Of a stretch of 64,000 bases of DNA, positions 51,066 through 61,667 are shown one piece after another. The DNA comes from an uncultured Bacillota bacterium (lineage in GTDB: Bacteria; Bacillota_I; Bacilli_A; RFN20; CAG-826). Location of the stretch: the NCBI GenBank assembly GCA_949289845.1, contig CASEPN010000003.1, forward strand, positions 77,558 to 141,557, read 5' to 3'. Each line of letters starts with the position of its first letter. The stretch's first letter is position 1. The position numbers and the translations under genes are program-made. The notes below the pieces were generated by a model that worked only from the letters and a program-made list of their open reading frames with translations, was not told the origin of the DNA and ran no database searches.

Positions 51066-52115
51066 ATGGATATTTCGCTTTTTGACTTCGATCTGCCGGA
51101 GGAGCTGATTGCCCAGGCTCCTTCCCAGGAACGGGACGGATGCCGTCTTCTCGCGGTCGACCGCTTCCATAGGACCTACGAGGACAAGACCTTCCGCGAC
51201 ATCCTCTCCTACCTTCGCCCGGGTGATGTCCTGGTAAGGAACAACACTCGCGTCATTCCTGCCCGCCTCATCGGGGAGAAGGACACCGGGGGCAGGATCG
51301 AGCTCCTCCTTCTCAAGGACCTTGGGGACGACGTCTGGGAGTGCCTCGTTGGGAACGCCCATTCTGTGAGGGTCGGTTCCTTATCCTCTTTCGGGAACGG
51401 GAAGATCAAGGCGCGATGCGAGGCCGTCCTCCCGGAAGGAATCCGGCACATGAGGTTCCTCTACGAAGGCATTTTCCTCGAGAGGCTCGAGGAGCTGGGG
51501 GAGATGCCCCTTCCTCCCTATATCCGCGAACGGACATCGAGGAAGGAGGACTACCAGACCGTCTACGCGAAGGTCCCGGGAAGCGCCGCCGCTCCCACCG
51601 CGGGCTTCCACTTCACCCCGGAGCTCCTGGACGAGATCTCCTCCATGGGGGTGGAGATCCTCGACCTCACCCTCGACATCGGGCTCGGGACGTTCCGCCC
51701 CGTGAAGGTGCAGGACACCAAGGAGCACCGCATGCACGAGGAGACCTATTCCATGGGGGAGGAGACGGCGAAGAGGCTGAACCTCGCGAGGAAGGAAGGC
51801 CGGAGGATCGTCGCCGTCGGCACCACCTCTGTCCGCACCCTCGAGGCCGTCTACGGGAAATACGGGGAGTTTCGTCCTGAGAGTTCCTCCACCTCGATCT
51901 TCATCGAGCCCGGCTACCGCTTCCAGGCGGTGGACGCCCTCATCACGAACTTCCACCTGCCCAAGAGCACCCTCGTGATGCTTGTCAGCGCCTTCATGGG
52001 GAGGGAGTTCACCCTCGAGTGCTACCGCCACGCTGTCGAGGAGCGCTACCGCTTCTTCTCCTTCGGGGACGCGATGTTCATCCACGGGGCCATTCCCGAG
52101 GGAGAGCTCCGCTGA
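51066..52115 (+). CDS. queA: S-adenosylmethionine:tRNA ribosyltransferase-isomerase
   Basis: FDFDLPEELIAQ, NNTRVIPARL, PLPPYI, AAPTAGFHF, TNFHLPKSTL, RFFSFGDAM. Confidence 0.96.
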   Translation: MDISLFDFDLPEELIAQAPSQERDGCRLLAVDRFHRTYEDKTFRDILSYLRPGDVLVRNNTRVIPARLIGEKDTGGRIELLLLKDLGDDVWECLVGNAHSVRVGSLSSFGNGKIKARCEAVLPEGIRHMRFLYEGIFLERLEELGEMPLPPYIRERTSRKEDYQTVYAKVPGSAAAPTAGFHFTPELLDEISSMGVEILDLTLDIGLGTFRPVKVQDTKEHRMHEETYSMGEETAKRLNLARKEGRRIVAVGTTSVRTLEAVYGKYGEFRPESSSTSIFIEPGYRFQAVDALITNFHLPKSTLVMLVSAFMGREFTLECYRHAVEERYRFFSFGDAMFIHGAIPEGELR

Positions 52116-52726
52116 TGGATCGCCCCAAGGAGCTCGCCCGCGCCCTTCGGAAGGAGGAGGGAAGGAGGAGGCTCCTCCTCCACTCCTGCTGCGGGCCTTG
52201 CTCCTGCTATCCCTTCCTCGTCCTGGGGACGCACTACGACCTTGCCGTCTCCTTCGCCAATTCGAACATCTATCCGCGGGAGGAGTGGGAGAGGAGGCTA
52301 CGTGCCCTCAAGAGGGCCATCCGCGGCTTCGCCCGCCACTATAGGATTGAGATAAAACTCCTCGAGCCTCATTGCGACCATGAATCCTTCATGGAAGAGC
52401 TCCGTCCCATGGCGGACCTCCCCGAAGGGGGCGAGCGCTGCCTCCTTTGCTACCGGAAGAGGATGGAGGAAGCCCGCCTCATCGCCTGCAAGGAAGGAAT
52501 CCCTCTTTGGTGCACGACCCTTACCTCCTCGAGGCAGAAGGACAGCGAGGCCATCATCCGCCTCGCCCAGGAGCTGGACGAGAAGGACCCCGAGGGACCC
52601 CGTTTCCTCATCAGCGACTGGAAGAGGGGAGGCGGCCTCGAGGAAGGGGAGAGGATCGCCCGCTTCCTCATGCTCTACCGCCAGGACTACTGCGGCTGCG
52701 AGTACAGCCTCCGCGATAGGAAATAG
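52115..52726 (+). CDS. queH: Epoxyqueuosine reductase QueH (DUF208)
   Basis: LLHSCCGPCS, NIYP.EE..R, EGGERC..CY, YRQDYCGC; TGATG coupling to queA. Confidence 0.92.
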   Translation: MDRPKELARALRKEEGRRRLLLHSCCGPCSCYPFLVLGTHYDLAVSFANSNIYPREEWERRLRALKRAIRGFARHYRIEIKLLEPHCDHESFMEELRPMADLPEGGERCLLCYRKRMEEARLIACKEGIPLWCTTLTSSRQKDSEAIIRLAQELDEKDPEGPRFLISDWKRGGGLEEGERIARFLMLYRQDYCGCEYSLRDRK

Positions 52727-52864
52727 AGCCCGTTTCCCTCTATTTCCTTAGTGCACGTGCACAAATAAAGTAAAGGTTTAAAGAAGGATATCGCAGGAAA
52801 CCCCGAAGGATCCGGGCCTTTTTCCCAAAACCAGAAACGATAGATTTCATCCCGCATTTTTGTG

Positions 52865-53029
52865 TTGCCCTCGCCTACGCGTGAGCGTATAGTCCGCGAT
52901 GCCGGCGCTCGTGAGGAGCTCCGATGTTGCTGACACGCCCGACGCCGTTGTCTAGGAGACGGCCGGGCTTAGCCAGGGAACTCGGGGGGAGCGGGCAAGG
53001 GCAAGCCAAGAGACATAGGAGGAAAATCT
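52865..53029 (+). promoter_or_regulatory. S10 operon promoter and structured 5' leader
   Basis: TTGCCC-17-TATAGT (52865-52893). The ~130-nt leader contains GTTGCTGACACGCCCG, which resembles the Bacillota rpsJ leader as I recall it. SD AGGAGG. Confidence 0.65.
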
Positions 53030-53344
53030 ATGGCGAAGAAGCATGTGCTCCGCATCAGGCTCCAGGCCTACGAGCACGCGACGCTCGAGACCGCCGTCGA
53101 GAAGATCCTGGCCGTCGCCAGGAAGACCGGCGCGGGCGTCATCGGACCCGTCCCTCTCCCCACCGAGAGGCAGGTCTACACGATCCTCCGGGCTACCTTC
53201 AAGTACAAGGACAGCCGGGAGCAGTTCGAGATCCGCACCCACAAGCGGATCATCGACCTGGTGGACCCCAAGAAGGAGACGGTCGACGAGATCAAGCGCC
53301 TCGACGTCCCGAGCGGGGTCGAGATCGAGATCACCGCGAAGTAG
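53030..53344 (+). CDS. rpsJ: 30S ribosomal protein S10
   Basis: [19 protein letters not shown]. Confidence 0.97.
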   Translation: MAKKHVLRIRLQAYEHATLETAVEKILAVARKTGAGVIGPVPLPTERQVYTILRATFKYKDSREQFEIRTHKRIIDLVDPKKETVDEIKRLDVPSGVEIEITAK

Positions 53345-53357
53345 AGGAGGCAGGCAA

Positions 53358-54059
53358 ATGAAATCCCTCATCGGAAGAAAAATCGGAATGACCGAGGTGT
53401 TCGCCGAGGACGGCACCATGTACCCGGTCACCGTGGTCGAGGTCCTGCCCAATCTCATCCTCGGGAAAAGGACGATCGAGAAGGACGGCTACGAGGCCCT
53501 CCAGGTCGGCTATGAGGATAAGAAGGAATCGCGCGTGAACCGCTGCGAGGCCGGACAGTTCAAGAAGGCCGGCGCGAGCCCCAAGGCCGTCGTGATGGAG
53601 CTGAAGGGCGACGAGATCTACGGCAAGAACGTGGGCGAGACCCTCACCGCCGCGCTCTTCGAGGCCGGGGACGTCGTGGACGTCATCGGCATGACGAAGG
53701 GCCACGGCTACAGCGGCACCATCAAGAAGTACGGGAACCACATCGGCCCCAAGGGCCACGGCTCCGGCTACCACCGCCAGATCGGATCGCTCGCGAACAA
53801 CGGGCGCTGCAACAACCGCGTCATCCCGGGCAAGACGATGTCCGGCCACTGGGGTCCCGAGCAGTCGACGCTCCTCAACGTGACCGTCGTCGCCAGCAAC
53901 CCTGAGGAAGGCTATCTCCTCCTCAAGGGCGGGCTCCCCGGGCCCAAGCGGTCCATCGTCCGCATCCGCAGCGCCGTCAAGGCCCCGCGGAAGAAGCCCG
54001 TGGTCAAGAGCCTCATCGACAGGACTCCCAAGGCGGAGCCCGAGGCGAAAGGAGAGTAA
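53358..54059 (+). CDS. rplC: 50S ribosomal protein L3
   Basis: GRKIGMT, DGYEALQ, KGHG, GPKGHGS; SD GAGGAGG. Confidence 0.96.
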   Translation: MKSLIGRKIGMTEVFAEDGTMYPVTVVEVLPNLILGKRTIEKDGYEALQVGYEDKKESRVNRCEAGQFKKAGASPKAVVMELKGDEIYGKNVGETLTAALFEAGDVVDVIGMTKGHGYSGTIKKYGNHIGPKGHGSGYHRQIGSLANNGRCNNRVIPGKTMSGHWGPEQSTLLNVTVVASNPEEGYLLLKGGLPGPKRSIVRIRSAVKAPRKKPVVKSLIDRTPKAEPEAKGE

Positions 54060-54062
54060 CCA

Positions 54063-54704
54063 ATGGCCGCGAAGAAGATTGCGCTCCCCGTCGTGACTCT
54101 CGCCGGGGAGAAGGTCGGGGAGGTCAAGCTCTCCGCCGAGGTGTTCGGTCTCGAAGAGCCGAATCACCAGGTCGTCCACGACGCCGTCTGCACCGAGCAG
54201 GCGAACCGCCGCCAGGCGACGGCCAAGACGAAGAAGAGGCACGAGGTGTCCGGCGGGGGCAAGAAGCCCTGGCGCCAGAAGGGCACCGGACGGGCCCGCG
54301 CCGGCTCCATCCGGAGCCCGCTCTGGGTCGGAGGCGGCACCGTCTTCGGACCCGACGGCAACCAGTCCTACAAGAGGAGCCAGAACAAGAAGGCCCACGC
54401 CCTCGCGCTCCGCTCCGTCCTCTCGGACAAGGTCGCCGGCAAGGGCGTCATCGTCGTCGATGAGCTCGCCCTCGAGGCGGTCTCCACGAAAGCCCTCGCC
54501 CTCGCTCTCAAGGCGATCGGCGCCGAGGGCAGGACGCTCCTGGTCGACGACACCGAGGACCCCAAGCTCGTCCTCAGCAGCTCCAACCTCGCCGGAGTCA
54601 AGTGCGTGAGCGAGGACAACATCGGGGTCTACGACCTTCTCGCCGCCGATCACCTCGTGATCAGCAAGAAGGCGATCGAGGCCCTGGAAGGAGGACTCCT
54701 CTAA
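54063..54704 (+). CDS. rplD: 50S ribosomal protein L4
   Basis: EVSGGGKKPWRQKGTGRARAGS. Confidence 0.97.
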   Translation: MAAKKIALPVVTLAGEKVGEVKLSAEVFGLEEPNHQVVHDAVCTEQANRRQATAKTKKRHEVSGGGKKPWRQKGTGRARAGSIRSPLWVGGGTVFGPDGNQSYKRSQNKKAHALALRSVLSDKVAGKGVIVVDELALEAVSTKALALALKAIGAEGRTLLVDDTEDPKLVLSSSNLAGVKCVSEDNIGVYDLLAADHLVISKKAIEALEGGLL

Positions 54705-55033
54705 TGGCGGAAGAGAAGAAGGCGCGGAGCTTCGGCTCCCCCGTCGAGCATGACTACCAGGTCATTCTCGCCCCGGTCGTCACCGAGAAGTCGATGGCCC
54801 TCCTCCAGAACGGGAACAAGGTGACCGTGAAGGTGCTCCCCTCGGCCAACAAGATCGAGATCAAGGAGAGCTTCCAGCGCCTCTACCAGGTCGAGGTCGA
54901 GGCGGTCCACGTCATCAACCAGCCTGGGAAGAGCAAGTCCCGCGGCGGCCGCTACCAGGGGCACGTCGCCGGGTACAAGAAGGCGATCGTCACCCTCAAG
55001 GCAGGGAACGCGGTCGACCTCTTCAAGGAATAG
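54704..55033 (+). CDS. rplW: 50S ribosomal protein L23
   Basis: PVVTEKS, ANKIEIK, YKKAIVTL. Confidence 0.95.
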   Translation: MAEEKKARSFGSPVEHDYQVILAPVVTEKSMALLQNGNKVTVKVLPSANKIEIKESFQRLYQVEVEAVHVINQPGKSKSRGGRYQGHVAGYKKAIVTLKAGNAVDLFKE

Positions 55034-55047
55034 GGAGGGAACCCCCG

Positions 55048-55087
55048 CCCGCCCATCCTCCCTTATATATAGGGGGGTTGGACGGGG
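55048..55087 (+). other. Long imperfect hairpin in the rplW-rplB spacer
   Basis: CCCGCCCATCCTCCCT-TATATAT-AGGGGGGTTGGACGGG. Confidence 0.55.
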
Positions 55088-55111
55088 AAGAGACCGTATA
55101 GGAGAAAGAAA

Positions 55112-55939
55112 ATGGCAATCAAGAGCTATCGTCCCTACACGCCGAGCCGCCGTCAGATGACGACCCTCAGCTACCAGGACGTCACCACCGCCACTCCTGA
55201 GAAATCGCTCCTGGCCCCGAAGAAGCACAAGGCGGGCCGGAACAATCAGGGGAAGATCACCTGCCGCCACCGCGGCGGGGGCAACAAGAACCGCTACCGC
55301 ATCATCGACTTCAAGAGAAGGAAGGACGGGATTCCCGGGAAGATCGCGACCATCGAGTACGACCCGAACCGCTCCGCCTTCATCGCCCTCGTCAACTACG
55401 TCGACGGCGAGAAGCGCTACATCATCCTTCCCAAGGGGCTCAAGGTCGGGGACGAGATCCTCTCCGGCGAGAGCACCGACATCAAGACGGGGAACTGCTG
55501 CGACCTCAGGAACATTCCCGATGGAACCTTCGTCCACAACATCGAGCTGAAGCCCGGCAAGGGCGGGCAGATGTGCCGGGCGGCCGGGACCAGCGCCCAG
55601 GTGCTCGGCTCCGAAGGGAAGTACGTCATGCTCCGCCTCGCCTCGGGCGAGGTGAGGAAGGTGCTCGGGACCTGCCGGGCCACCATCGGCACCGTCGGCA
55701 ACGAGGACTACAGCCTCGTCAACGTCGGCACCGCCGGCAAGATGCGCCACATGGGCTGGCGCCCGACCGTCCGCGGCTCCGCGATGAACCCGAACGATCA
55801 CCCGCACGGCGGCGGCGAGGGCAAGTGCCCCGTCGGCCGCGACGCCCCCCGCACCCCGTGGGGCAAGCGCGCGATGGGCGTCAAGACCCGCCGCGTGAAG
55901 AAGGAATCCAGCCGCCTCATCGTCAGGCGGAGGAAGTAA
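55112..55939 (+). CDS. rplB: 50S ribosomal protein L2
   Basis: [30 protein letters not shown]. Confidence 0.97.
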   Translation: MAIKSYRPYTPSRRQMTTLSYQDVTTATPEKSLLAPKKHKAGRNNQGKITCRHRGGGNKNRYRIIDFKRRKDGIPGKIATIEYDPNRSAFIALVNYVDGEKRYIILPKGLKVGDEILSGESTDIKTGNCCDLRNIPDGTFVHNIELKPGKGGQMCRAAGTSAQVLGSEGKYVMLRLASGEVRKVLGTCRATIGTVGNEDYSLVNVGTAGKMRHMGWRPTVRGSAMNPNDHPHGGGEGKCPVGRDAPRTPWGKRAMGVKTRRVKKESSRLIVRRRK

Positions 55940-55952
55940 GGAGGAATAGGAA

Positions 55953-56240
55953 ATGTCACGTTCCAGCAAGAAGGGGCCCTTCGTAGACGAGTACCTCCTG
56001 AAGAAGGTCGAGGCGATGGACAAGAGCGGCCGCCGCGAGGTCATCAAGACCTGGAGCAGGCGTTCCACCATCTACCCCGCCTTCGTCGAGCACACCTTCG
56101 CCGTCCATAACGGCAAGGAGCACGTCACCGTCTTCGTCACCGAGGACATGGTCGGCCACAAGCTCGGCGAGTTCGCGCCGACCCGGAACTTCCCGGGCCA
56201 CCACGGGAACAACGCCGGCGACCAGGCCGCCAGGAAGTGA
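55953..56240 (+). CDS. rpsS: 30S ribosomal protein S19
   Basis: [26 protein letters not shown]. Confidence 0.97.
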   Translation: MSRSSKKGPFVDEYLLKKVEAMDKSGRREVIKTWSRRSTIYPAFVEHTFAVHNGKEHVTVFVTEDMVGHKLGEFAPTRNFPGHHGNNAGDQAARK

Positions 56241-56247
56241 GGACCCT

Positions 56248-56817
56248 ATGGCAGAAAGCGAGAAGAAGGTAGCCTCCGCTCCCGCGGAGGAAGCGCCGAA
56301 GAAGAGCGCGCGGAAGAAGAGCGCCCCCAAGAAGGCGAGCGCTCCCGCCGAGGAGGCCCCCGCGAAGAAGGCTCCCACCAAGAAGGGGGCGAAGAAGGGC
56401 GGGAAGAAGACCCACGCCGAGATCCACGAGGAGTGGAAGAAGGCGCACAAGGCCGCCAAGGAGGCGGCCAAGCCCACCGTCCACGAGGCCCACGCCTACG
56501 CCAAGAACGTGCGGGTCACGCCCCGCAAGGTCCGGCTCGTCCTCGACCTCGTCCGCGGCAAGAGCGTCAACGACGCCCTGGCGATGCTCCCGCACCTGAA
56601 CAAGGCGGCCGCCCAGCCGGTGATGAAGCTCATCGCCTCCGCCGCGGCGAATGCCACCAACAACTTCGACCTTGACGGGGATCTCCTCTACATCAGCGAG
56701 ATCCAGGCGAGCGACGGCATCAAGATGCGCCGCTACCTGCCCAGGGCCAAGGGCTCCAGCAGCGGCATGGTCCGCCGCACCGCCAACATCCGCGTCACCG
56801 TGAAGGAGAGGAAGTAA
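56248..56817 (+). CDS. rplV: 50S ribosomal protein L22 with a ~79-aa Lys/Ala/Pro N-terminal extension
   Basis: RVTPRKVRLVLDLVRGK, SAAANA, PRAKG. Confidence 0.95.
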   Translation: MAESEKKVASAPAEEAPKKSARKKSAPKKASAPAEEAPAKKAPTKKGAKKGGKKTHAEIHEEWKKAHKAAKEAAKPTVHEAHAYAKNVRVTPRKVRLVLDLVRGKSVNDALAMLPHLNKAAAQPVMKLIASAAANATNNFDLDGDLLYISEIQASDGIKMRRYLPRAKGSSSGMVRRTANIRVTVKERK

Positions 56818-57575
56818 TGGGTCAGAAAGTGAACGCCGTCGGGCTCCGCATCGGGGTCAACCGCAGCTGGAACTCCAGCTGGTTCGCGGGCAAGCGCGAC
56901 TTCGCCCGCTATCTCAAGGAGGACATGCTCGTCCGCTCCCACATCGAGAAGTGGCTCAGGAACCTCCCGAGCGACCGCACGAGGAGGGACGGGACCCCCG
57001 ACAAGTCCCGCCAGGACAGCGCCCTCTCCCGCATCGAGATCAGCAGGAGCAAGACCGACAAGGGCTCGCTCCTCCTCGTCCGCATCCACACCTCGCGCCC
57101 CGGCGTCGTCCTGGGCACGAACGGCGAGACCATCAAGAAGCTCCAGGCCGCCCTCCGCAAGATCGTGAAGGAAGATAACCTCCGCGTTGAGGTCGTCGAG
57201 GTGAAGAACCCCGACCTGGACGCCACCCTCGTCGCCAAGTGGATCGCCGGGGAGCTGGAGAACCGCCAGAGCTTCCGTTCGACCCAGAAAAAGGCCATCC
57301 AGCGGATCAGGAAGGCCGGCGCCGCCGGCTGCCGCACCCAGTGCCAGGGCCGTCTCGGGGGCGCCGAGATCGCGCGCCGCGAGGGCTACAAGGAGGGCGT
57401 CGTCCCTCTCGAGACCCTCCGCGCCGACATCGACTTCGCGGCCATCCCCGCCCACACCACCTCCGGCCGCATCGGCGTGAAGGTGTGGATCTGCCGCTCC
57501 ACCGACGGCCGCAAGGCCCAGGAGGAGAGGCCGCAGGAAGGAGGAAGCACGAATGCTTCAGCCAAAGCGCGTTAA
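56817..57575 (+). CDS. rpsC: 30S ribosomal protein S3
   Basis: [35 protein letters not shown]. Confidence 0.96.
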   Translation: MGQKVNAVGLRIGVNRSWNSSWFAGKRDFARYLKEDMLVRSHIEKWLRNLPSDRTRRDGTPDKSRQDSALSRIEISRSKTDKGSLLLVRIHTSRPGVVLGTNGETIKKLQAALRKIVKEDNLRVEVVEVKNPDLDATLVAKWIAGELENRQSFRSTQKKAIQRIRKAGAAGCRTQCQGRLGGAEIARREGYKEGVVPLETLRADIDFAAIPAHTTSGRIGVKVWICRSTDGRKAQEERPQEGGSTNASAKAR

Positions 57576-58101
57576 GTACCGTCGCCCGCACCGCCTCTCC
57601 TACGAGGGCGTCGCGACGAAGGGCAACACCGTCGAGTTCGGCGAGTGGGGCCTCCAGGCGCTCGAGGGCGCCTACATCACCGACCACCAGATCGAGTCCG
57701 CCCGCATCGTGCTCGCCCGCGCGACCGACCGCACCGGCAAGATCTGGATCCGCATCTTCCCGCACCTGGGAAGGACCAAGAAGCCGGCCGAGGTCCGCAT
57801 GGGCTCCGGCAAGGGCTCGCCCGAAGGGTGGGCCGCCCCCGTCAAGGCGGGGAAGATCCTCTTCGAGATTGGCGGAGTCAGCGAGGCGCTCGCGCGCCGG
57901 GCGCTCCACCAGGCCGGCTACAAGCTTCCGATCGCCACCAAGATCGTGAAGCGCACCAAGGCCCTCAGCGAGGCGGAGCTCGAGAAGATGGAGGAGACGC
58001 ACGACTCCTCCCTCGAGGCCATCGAGCGCGAGGATCACATCGAGACCGTGAGCGACACCGGGAACGAGCCCGAGGCGAGCACGGAGAATAAGGGGGAGTA
58101 G
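57553..58101 (+). CDS. rplP: 50S ribosomal protein L16 with an acidic C-terminal tail
   Basis: [27 protein letters not shown]. Confidence 0.96.
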   Translation: MLQPKRVKYRRPHRLSYEGVATKGNTVEFGEWGLQALEGAYITDHQIESARIVLARATDRTGKIWIRIFPHLGRTKKPAEVRMGSGKGSPEGWAAPVKAGKILFEIGGVSEALARRALHQAGYKLPIATKIVKRTKALSEAELEKMEETHDSSLEAIEREDHIETVSDTGNEPEASTENKGE

Positions 58102-58103
58102 AA

Positions 58104-58310
58104 ATGAGCATCAAGGAATTCCGCGAGCTCACCGACGAGGAGCTCAAGGCTCGCCTCGCCGAGCTCCGTCTCCGGAAGTTCGAGCTGACCCGGCAGAAGG
58201 CCGTGGGCAACCTCGAGCACCCCGAGGAGATCCGCTCCCTCCGCAAGGACATCGCCCGCGGCGAGACCGTCCGGCGCGAGAGAGAGCTCTCGAAGAAGGA
58301 GGCGAAGTAA
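58104..58310 (+). CDS. rpmC: 50S ribosomal protein L29
   Basis: [15 protein letters not shown]; operon position. Confidence 0.93.
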   Translation: MSIKEFRELTDEELKARLAELRLRKFELTRQKAVGNLEHPEEIRSLRKDIARGETVRRERELSKKEAK

Positions 58311-58311
58311 C

Positions 58312-58650
58312 ATGGAACGGAACAGAAGGACGACCTTCCAGGGCGTCGTCACCTCGGTCAAGAACAGCAAGACGATCACCGTCCTCGTCTCGACCAAGAG
58401 GAACGACCCCCTCTACAAGAAGCGCGTCAGCTATTCGAAGAAGTACCGCGCCCACGACGAGAAGTGCGAGGCTGAGCTCGGCGACACCGTGACCATCATG
58501 GCCTGCCGCCCGATGAGCGCCACCAAGCGCTTCCGCCTCGTCTCCATCGACAAGAAGGCGATCGGCGGGACCTCGCTCGAGGCCACCGAGGCCGCCCTCG
58601 AGGCGAAGGAAGGGGTCGAGGAGGCCGCCCACGGGGAGAAGGAGGAGTAG
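58312..58650 (+). CDS. rpsQ: 30S ribosomal protein S17 with an acidic tail
   Basis: [27 protein letters not shown]. Confidence 0.95.
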   Translation: MERNRRTTFQGVVTSVKNSKTITVLVSTKRNDPLYKKRVSYSKKYRAHDEKCEAELGDTVTIMACRPMSATKRFRLVSIDKKAIGGTSLEATEAALEAKEGVEEAAHGEKEE

Positions 58651-58653
58651 GCA

Positions 58654-59022
58654 ATGATCCAGAAGGAAACGAACCTCGTCGTCGCCGATAACTCCGGGGC
58701 CCGCTCCGTGCGCGCCTTCCAGCTCTACGGCGGAGGCCGCCGCAAGAGGAGCACCATCGGCGACGTCATCCAGTGCGCCGTCAAGGACGCCACCCCGAAC
58801 GGCAAGATCAAGAAGGGCCAGGTCGTGCGCGCCGTCATCGTCCGCACGAAGAAGGCCATCCAGAGGAAGGACGGCAGCTCGATCTGCTTCGACGACAACG
58901 CCGTCGTCCTCATCGACAACGACGGGAACCCCCTCGGCACCCGCGTCTTCGGACCGGTCGCCAGGGAGCTCCGCGAGAAGGGCTACATGAAGATCATCTC
59001 GCTCGCCCTCGAGGTTCTCTAA
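58654..59022 (+). CDS. rplN: 50S ribosomal protein L14
   Basis: [25 protein letters not shown]. Confidence 0.97.
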   Translation: MIQKETNLVVADNSGARSVRAFQLYGGGRRKRSTIGDVIQCAVKDATPNGKIKKGQVVRAVIVRTKKAIQRKDGSSICFDDNAVVLIDNDGNPLGTRVFGPVARELREKGYMKIISLALEVL

Positions 59023-59032
59023 GGAGGAAACG

Positions 59033-59347
59033 ATGAACATCAGGAAAGGTGACACCGTCATCGTCATCGCCGGCTCCGACAGAGGCAAGACCGGCGTCGT
59101 GCAGCTCGTCCACCCCGAGCAGGAGACCGCGGTCGTCGAAGGCGTGAACGTCCACAAGAAGCACGTCAAGCCGACCCAGGCCGTGCCCGAGGGATCCGTC
59201 AAGGACATCTACATGCCTGTGCATGTGAGCAACCTCGCCCTCATCGACCCGAAGACGGGCCGTCCCACGAGGGTCCACCACAAGATCGTCGACGGCAGGA
59301 AGATCCGCGTCGCGGACTCCGGCGCCTCGCTCGACGAGAAGAAGTAA
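59033..59347 (+). CDS. rplX: 50S ribosomal protein L24
   Basis: [23 protein letters not shown]. Confidence 0.96.
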   Translation: MNIRKGDTVIVIAGSDRGKTGVVQLVHPEQETAVVEGVNVHKKHVKPTQAVPEGSVKDIYMPVHVSNLALIDPKTGRPTRVHHKIVDGRKIRVADSGASLDEKK

Positions 59348-59358
59348 GGAGCAAGCCA

Positions 59359-60108
59359 ATGGCAGAGAAGAAGATCGAAACCGAGGTCGCCCTCGAGGAG
59401 AGCCCCGCCAAGAAGGCCGCTCCGAAGAAGGCCGCTCCCAAGAAGACGGCCGCCAGGAAGGCCCCGGCCAAGAAGGCCGCCCCGAAGGAGGAGGCTCCCG
59501 CGGAGGAGAAGAAGGCCCCCGCGAAGAAGAGCGCCCCCAAGAAGGAGAGGAAGCCGAGCGCCCTCTCCCAGAACCGCCTCGCCCGTAAGTGGCGCGAGGA
59601 GGTCGTGCCCGCCCTCATGAAGGAGCACGGCTACAAGTCGCCGATGGAGGCGCCGCGCCTTGAGAAGATCGTCGTCAACATCGGCGTGGGCGACGCCACG
59701 GGGAACAGCAAGGCCCTCGACGACAGCGTCCAGGACCTTACCCGCATCAGCGGCCAGAAGCCGGTGGTGACCAGGGCGAAGAAGTCCATCGCCTCCTTCC
59801 ACCTCAGGGAAGGGCAGGCGATCGGCTGCAAGGTGACCCTCCGCGGCCTCCGCATGTACGAGTTCCTCGACAAGCTCGTCAGCATCTCCCTCCCGCGCGT
59901 CCGCGACTTCCGCGGCATCAGCCGGAACGGGTTCGACGGGCACGGGAACTACACCCTCGGGGTCAAGGAGCAGCTCATCTTCCCCGAGATCGAGTACGAC
60001 AAGACCGGCAAGCTCCGCGGCATGGACATCGTCATGGTGACCACCGCCCGGACGGACGAGGAGGCGCTTCACCTCCTCGAGGGGCTGGGGCTGCCCTTCA
60101 GGAGGTAA
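59359..60108 (+). CDS. rplE: 50S ribosomal protein L5 with a ~69-aa KKAAP-repeat N-terminal extension
   Basis: [39 protein letters not shown]. Confidence 0.96.
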   Translation: MAEKKIETEVALEESPAKKAAPKKAAPKKTAARKAPAKKAAPKEEAPAEEKKAPAKKSAPKKERKPSALSQNRLARKWREEVVPALMKEHGYKSPMEAPRLEKIVVNIGVGDATGNSKALDDSVQDLTRISGQKPVVTRAKKSIASFHLREGQAIGCKVTLRGLRMYEFLDKLVSISLPRVRDFRGISRNGFDGHGNYTLGVKEQLIFPEIEYDKTGKLRGMDIVMVTTARTDEEALHLLEGLGLPFRR

Positions 60109-60113
60109 TCGCA

Positions 60114-60299
60114 ATGGCCAAGAAGAGTCTCATCAACAAGCAGGCCAGGAAGCCCAAGTTCAGCACGAGGGCCTACACCCGCTGCGCCCGCTGCGGGCGC
60201 GTCCACGGCGTCATCCGCAAGTTCGGCCTCTGCCGCATCTGCCTCCGCGAGCTCGCCTACAAGGGCGAGATCCCGGGCATGAGGAAGGCCAGCTGGTAA
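60114..60299 (+). CDS. rpsZ: 30S ribosomal protein S14, zinc-binding type
   Basis: 61 aa; RCARCGR...LCRICLRE; KASW. Confidence 0.95.
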   Translation: MAKKSLINKQARKPKFSTRAYTRCARCGRVHGVIRKFGLCRICLRELAYKGEIPGMRKASW

Positions 60300-60317
60300 A
60301 GAAGGAGGAAAGACAAG

Positions 60318-60710
60318 ATGATCGCAGATCCCATCAGCGACATGCTGACCCGCATCCGGAACGCGAACGCGCTCCGGCGCGACACCGTCTCCCTTCCTTC
60401 CGGGAAGACGCTCCTGGCCATCGCGCGCATCATGAAGCGCGAGGGCTACCTGCTCGACTGCCACGAGGAGAGGGACGGGGCCAAGAAGACCCTCACCCTC
60501 GTCCTCAAGTACGGGAAGAACGGCGAGAAGGTCATCACCAACCTCCGCCGCATCTCCAAGCCCGGCCTCCGCGTGACGATGGGCGTGGACGAGCTTCCGC
60601 GCGTCCCCGGCTACGGCATCGCCATCGTCAGCACCTCCAAGGGGATCCTCACCGACGCCGAGTGCCGCAAGGCCGGCGTGGGCGGCGAGGTCCTCTGCTA
60701 CGTCTACTAA
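60318..60710 (+). CDS. rpsH: 30S ribosomal protein S8
   Basis: DPISDMLTRIRN, SKPGLR, STSKG, GGEVLCYV. Confidence 0.97.
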   Translation: MIADPISDMLTRIRNANALRRDTVSLPSGKTLLAIARIMKREGYLLDCHEERDGAKKTLTLVLKYGKNGEKVITNLRRISKPGLRVTMGVDELPRVPGYGIAIVSTSKGILTDAECRKAGVGGEVLCYVY

Positions 60711-60726
60711 GGAAAGGAAAAGAGCA

Positions 60727-61290
60727 ATGTCTCGCATTGGATTCAAACCCATACCTCTCCCGGAAGGCGTGACCTTCTCCCATGAGGGAAGCACGTTCCT
60801 CGTCAAGGGCCCCAAAGGCGAAGTAAGCGTCCACGTTCCCGCGGGCGTCAGCGTCGAGGAGGCCGACGGGGCCCTTCACGTCCGTCCTGCCGCGGACTGG
60901 GAGGAGAACAAGGAGAGCGCCGCCAACCACGGCACCGCCGCCGCGCTCCTCCATAATGCCGTCAAGGGCGTCCACGAAGGGTGGAAGAAGGAGCTGGAGA
61001 TCAACGGCACCGGCTACCGCGCCTCCGTCAAGGACGGGGTCCTCACCATGTTCCTCGGCTACAGCCACGAGGTCCACGCCAGGCCCATCGGGAAGTACAC
61101 CAAGATCAGCTGCCCCGACGAGACCCACGTCGTCGTCGAGGGCGTCGACAAGTTCGAGGTCGGCGAGACCGCCGCCCGCATCTACGACCTGAGGAGGCCC
61201 GACCCCTACGGCCAGAAGGGCGTCCACTACAAGGGACAGCACCTCATCAAGAAGGTCGGCAAGCGCGCCGCCGCCTCCGGCAAGAAGTAA
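60727..61290 (+). CDS. rplF: 50S ribosomal protein L6
   Basis: MSRIG, VKGPKG, GYRA, LGYSH, PDPYGQKG. Confidence 0.96.
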   Translation: MSRIGFKPIPLPEGVTFSHEGSTFLVKGPKGEVSVHVPAGVSVEEADGALHVRPAADWEENKESAANHGTAAALLHNAVKGVHEGWKKELEINGTGYRASVKDGVLTMFLGYSHEVHARPIGKYTKISCPDETHVVVEGVDKFEVGETAARIYDLRRPDPYGQKGVHYKGQHLIKKVGKRAAASGKK

Positions 61291-61299
61291 GGAGAACCC

Positions 61300-61656
61300 A
61301 TGATCCGCAAAGAATCCAGGAACGCGATGCGCGAGCGCCGTCATCTCCGGGTCAGGGAGAAGGTCCACGGGACCCCCCTCCGCCCGAGGCTCAGCGTCTT
61401 CCGCTCGAACAAGCACATCAGCTGCCAGCTGATCGACGACACCAAGGGAATCACCCTCTGCTCCTCCGGCTCCGTCGAGCTCAAGCTCGCGAACGGGGGC
61501 AACGTCGAGGCGGCGAGGAAGGTCGGCGAGGACATCGCCAGGAAGGCCCTCGCCCTCAAGATCGAATGCGCCGTGTTCGACCGCGGCGGCTACCAGTACC
61601 ACGGCAGGGTCGCCGCCCTCTGCGAGGCGGCCCGCGAGGCCGGGCTCCGGCTCTAA
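61300..61656 (+). CDS. rplR: 50S ribosomal protein L18
   Basis: [23 protein letters not shown]. Confidence 0.97.
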   Translation: MIRKESRNAMRERRHLRVREKVHGTPLRPRLSVFRSNKHISCQLIDDTKGITLCSSGSVELKLANGGNVEAARKVGEDIARKALALKIECAVFDRGGYQYHGRVAALCEAAREAGLRL

Positions 61657-61667
61657 GGAGAGAAACC

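Noticed and set aside
59400-59550. Tandem repeats as a CRISPR array or mobile repeat
   Set aside because: They are in-frame KKAAP coding repeats of L5 with no spacer structure.
60981-61667. Apparent 462-aa S5, and similar 5' extensions of rplC (53043), rplW (54602), holB (12919), trxB (37099) and queH (52019)
   Set aside because: These are open frames running through upstream genes. The true starts are marked by SD signals or translational coupling.
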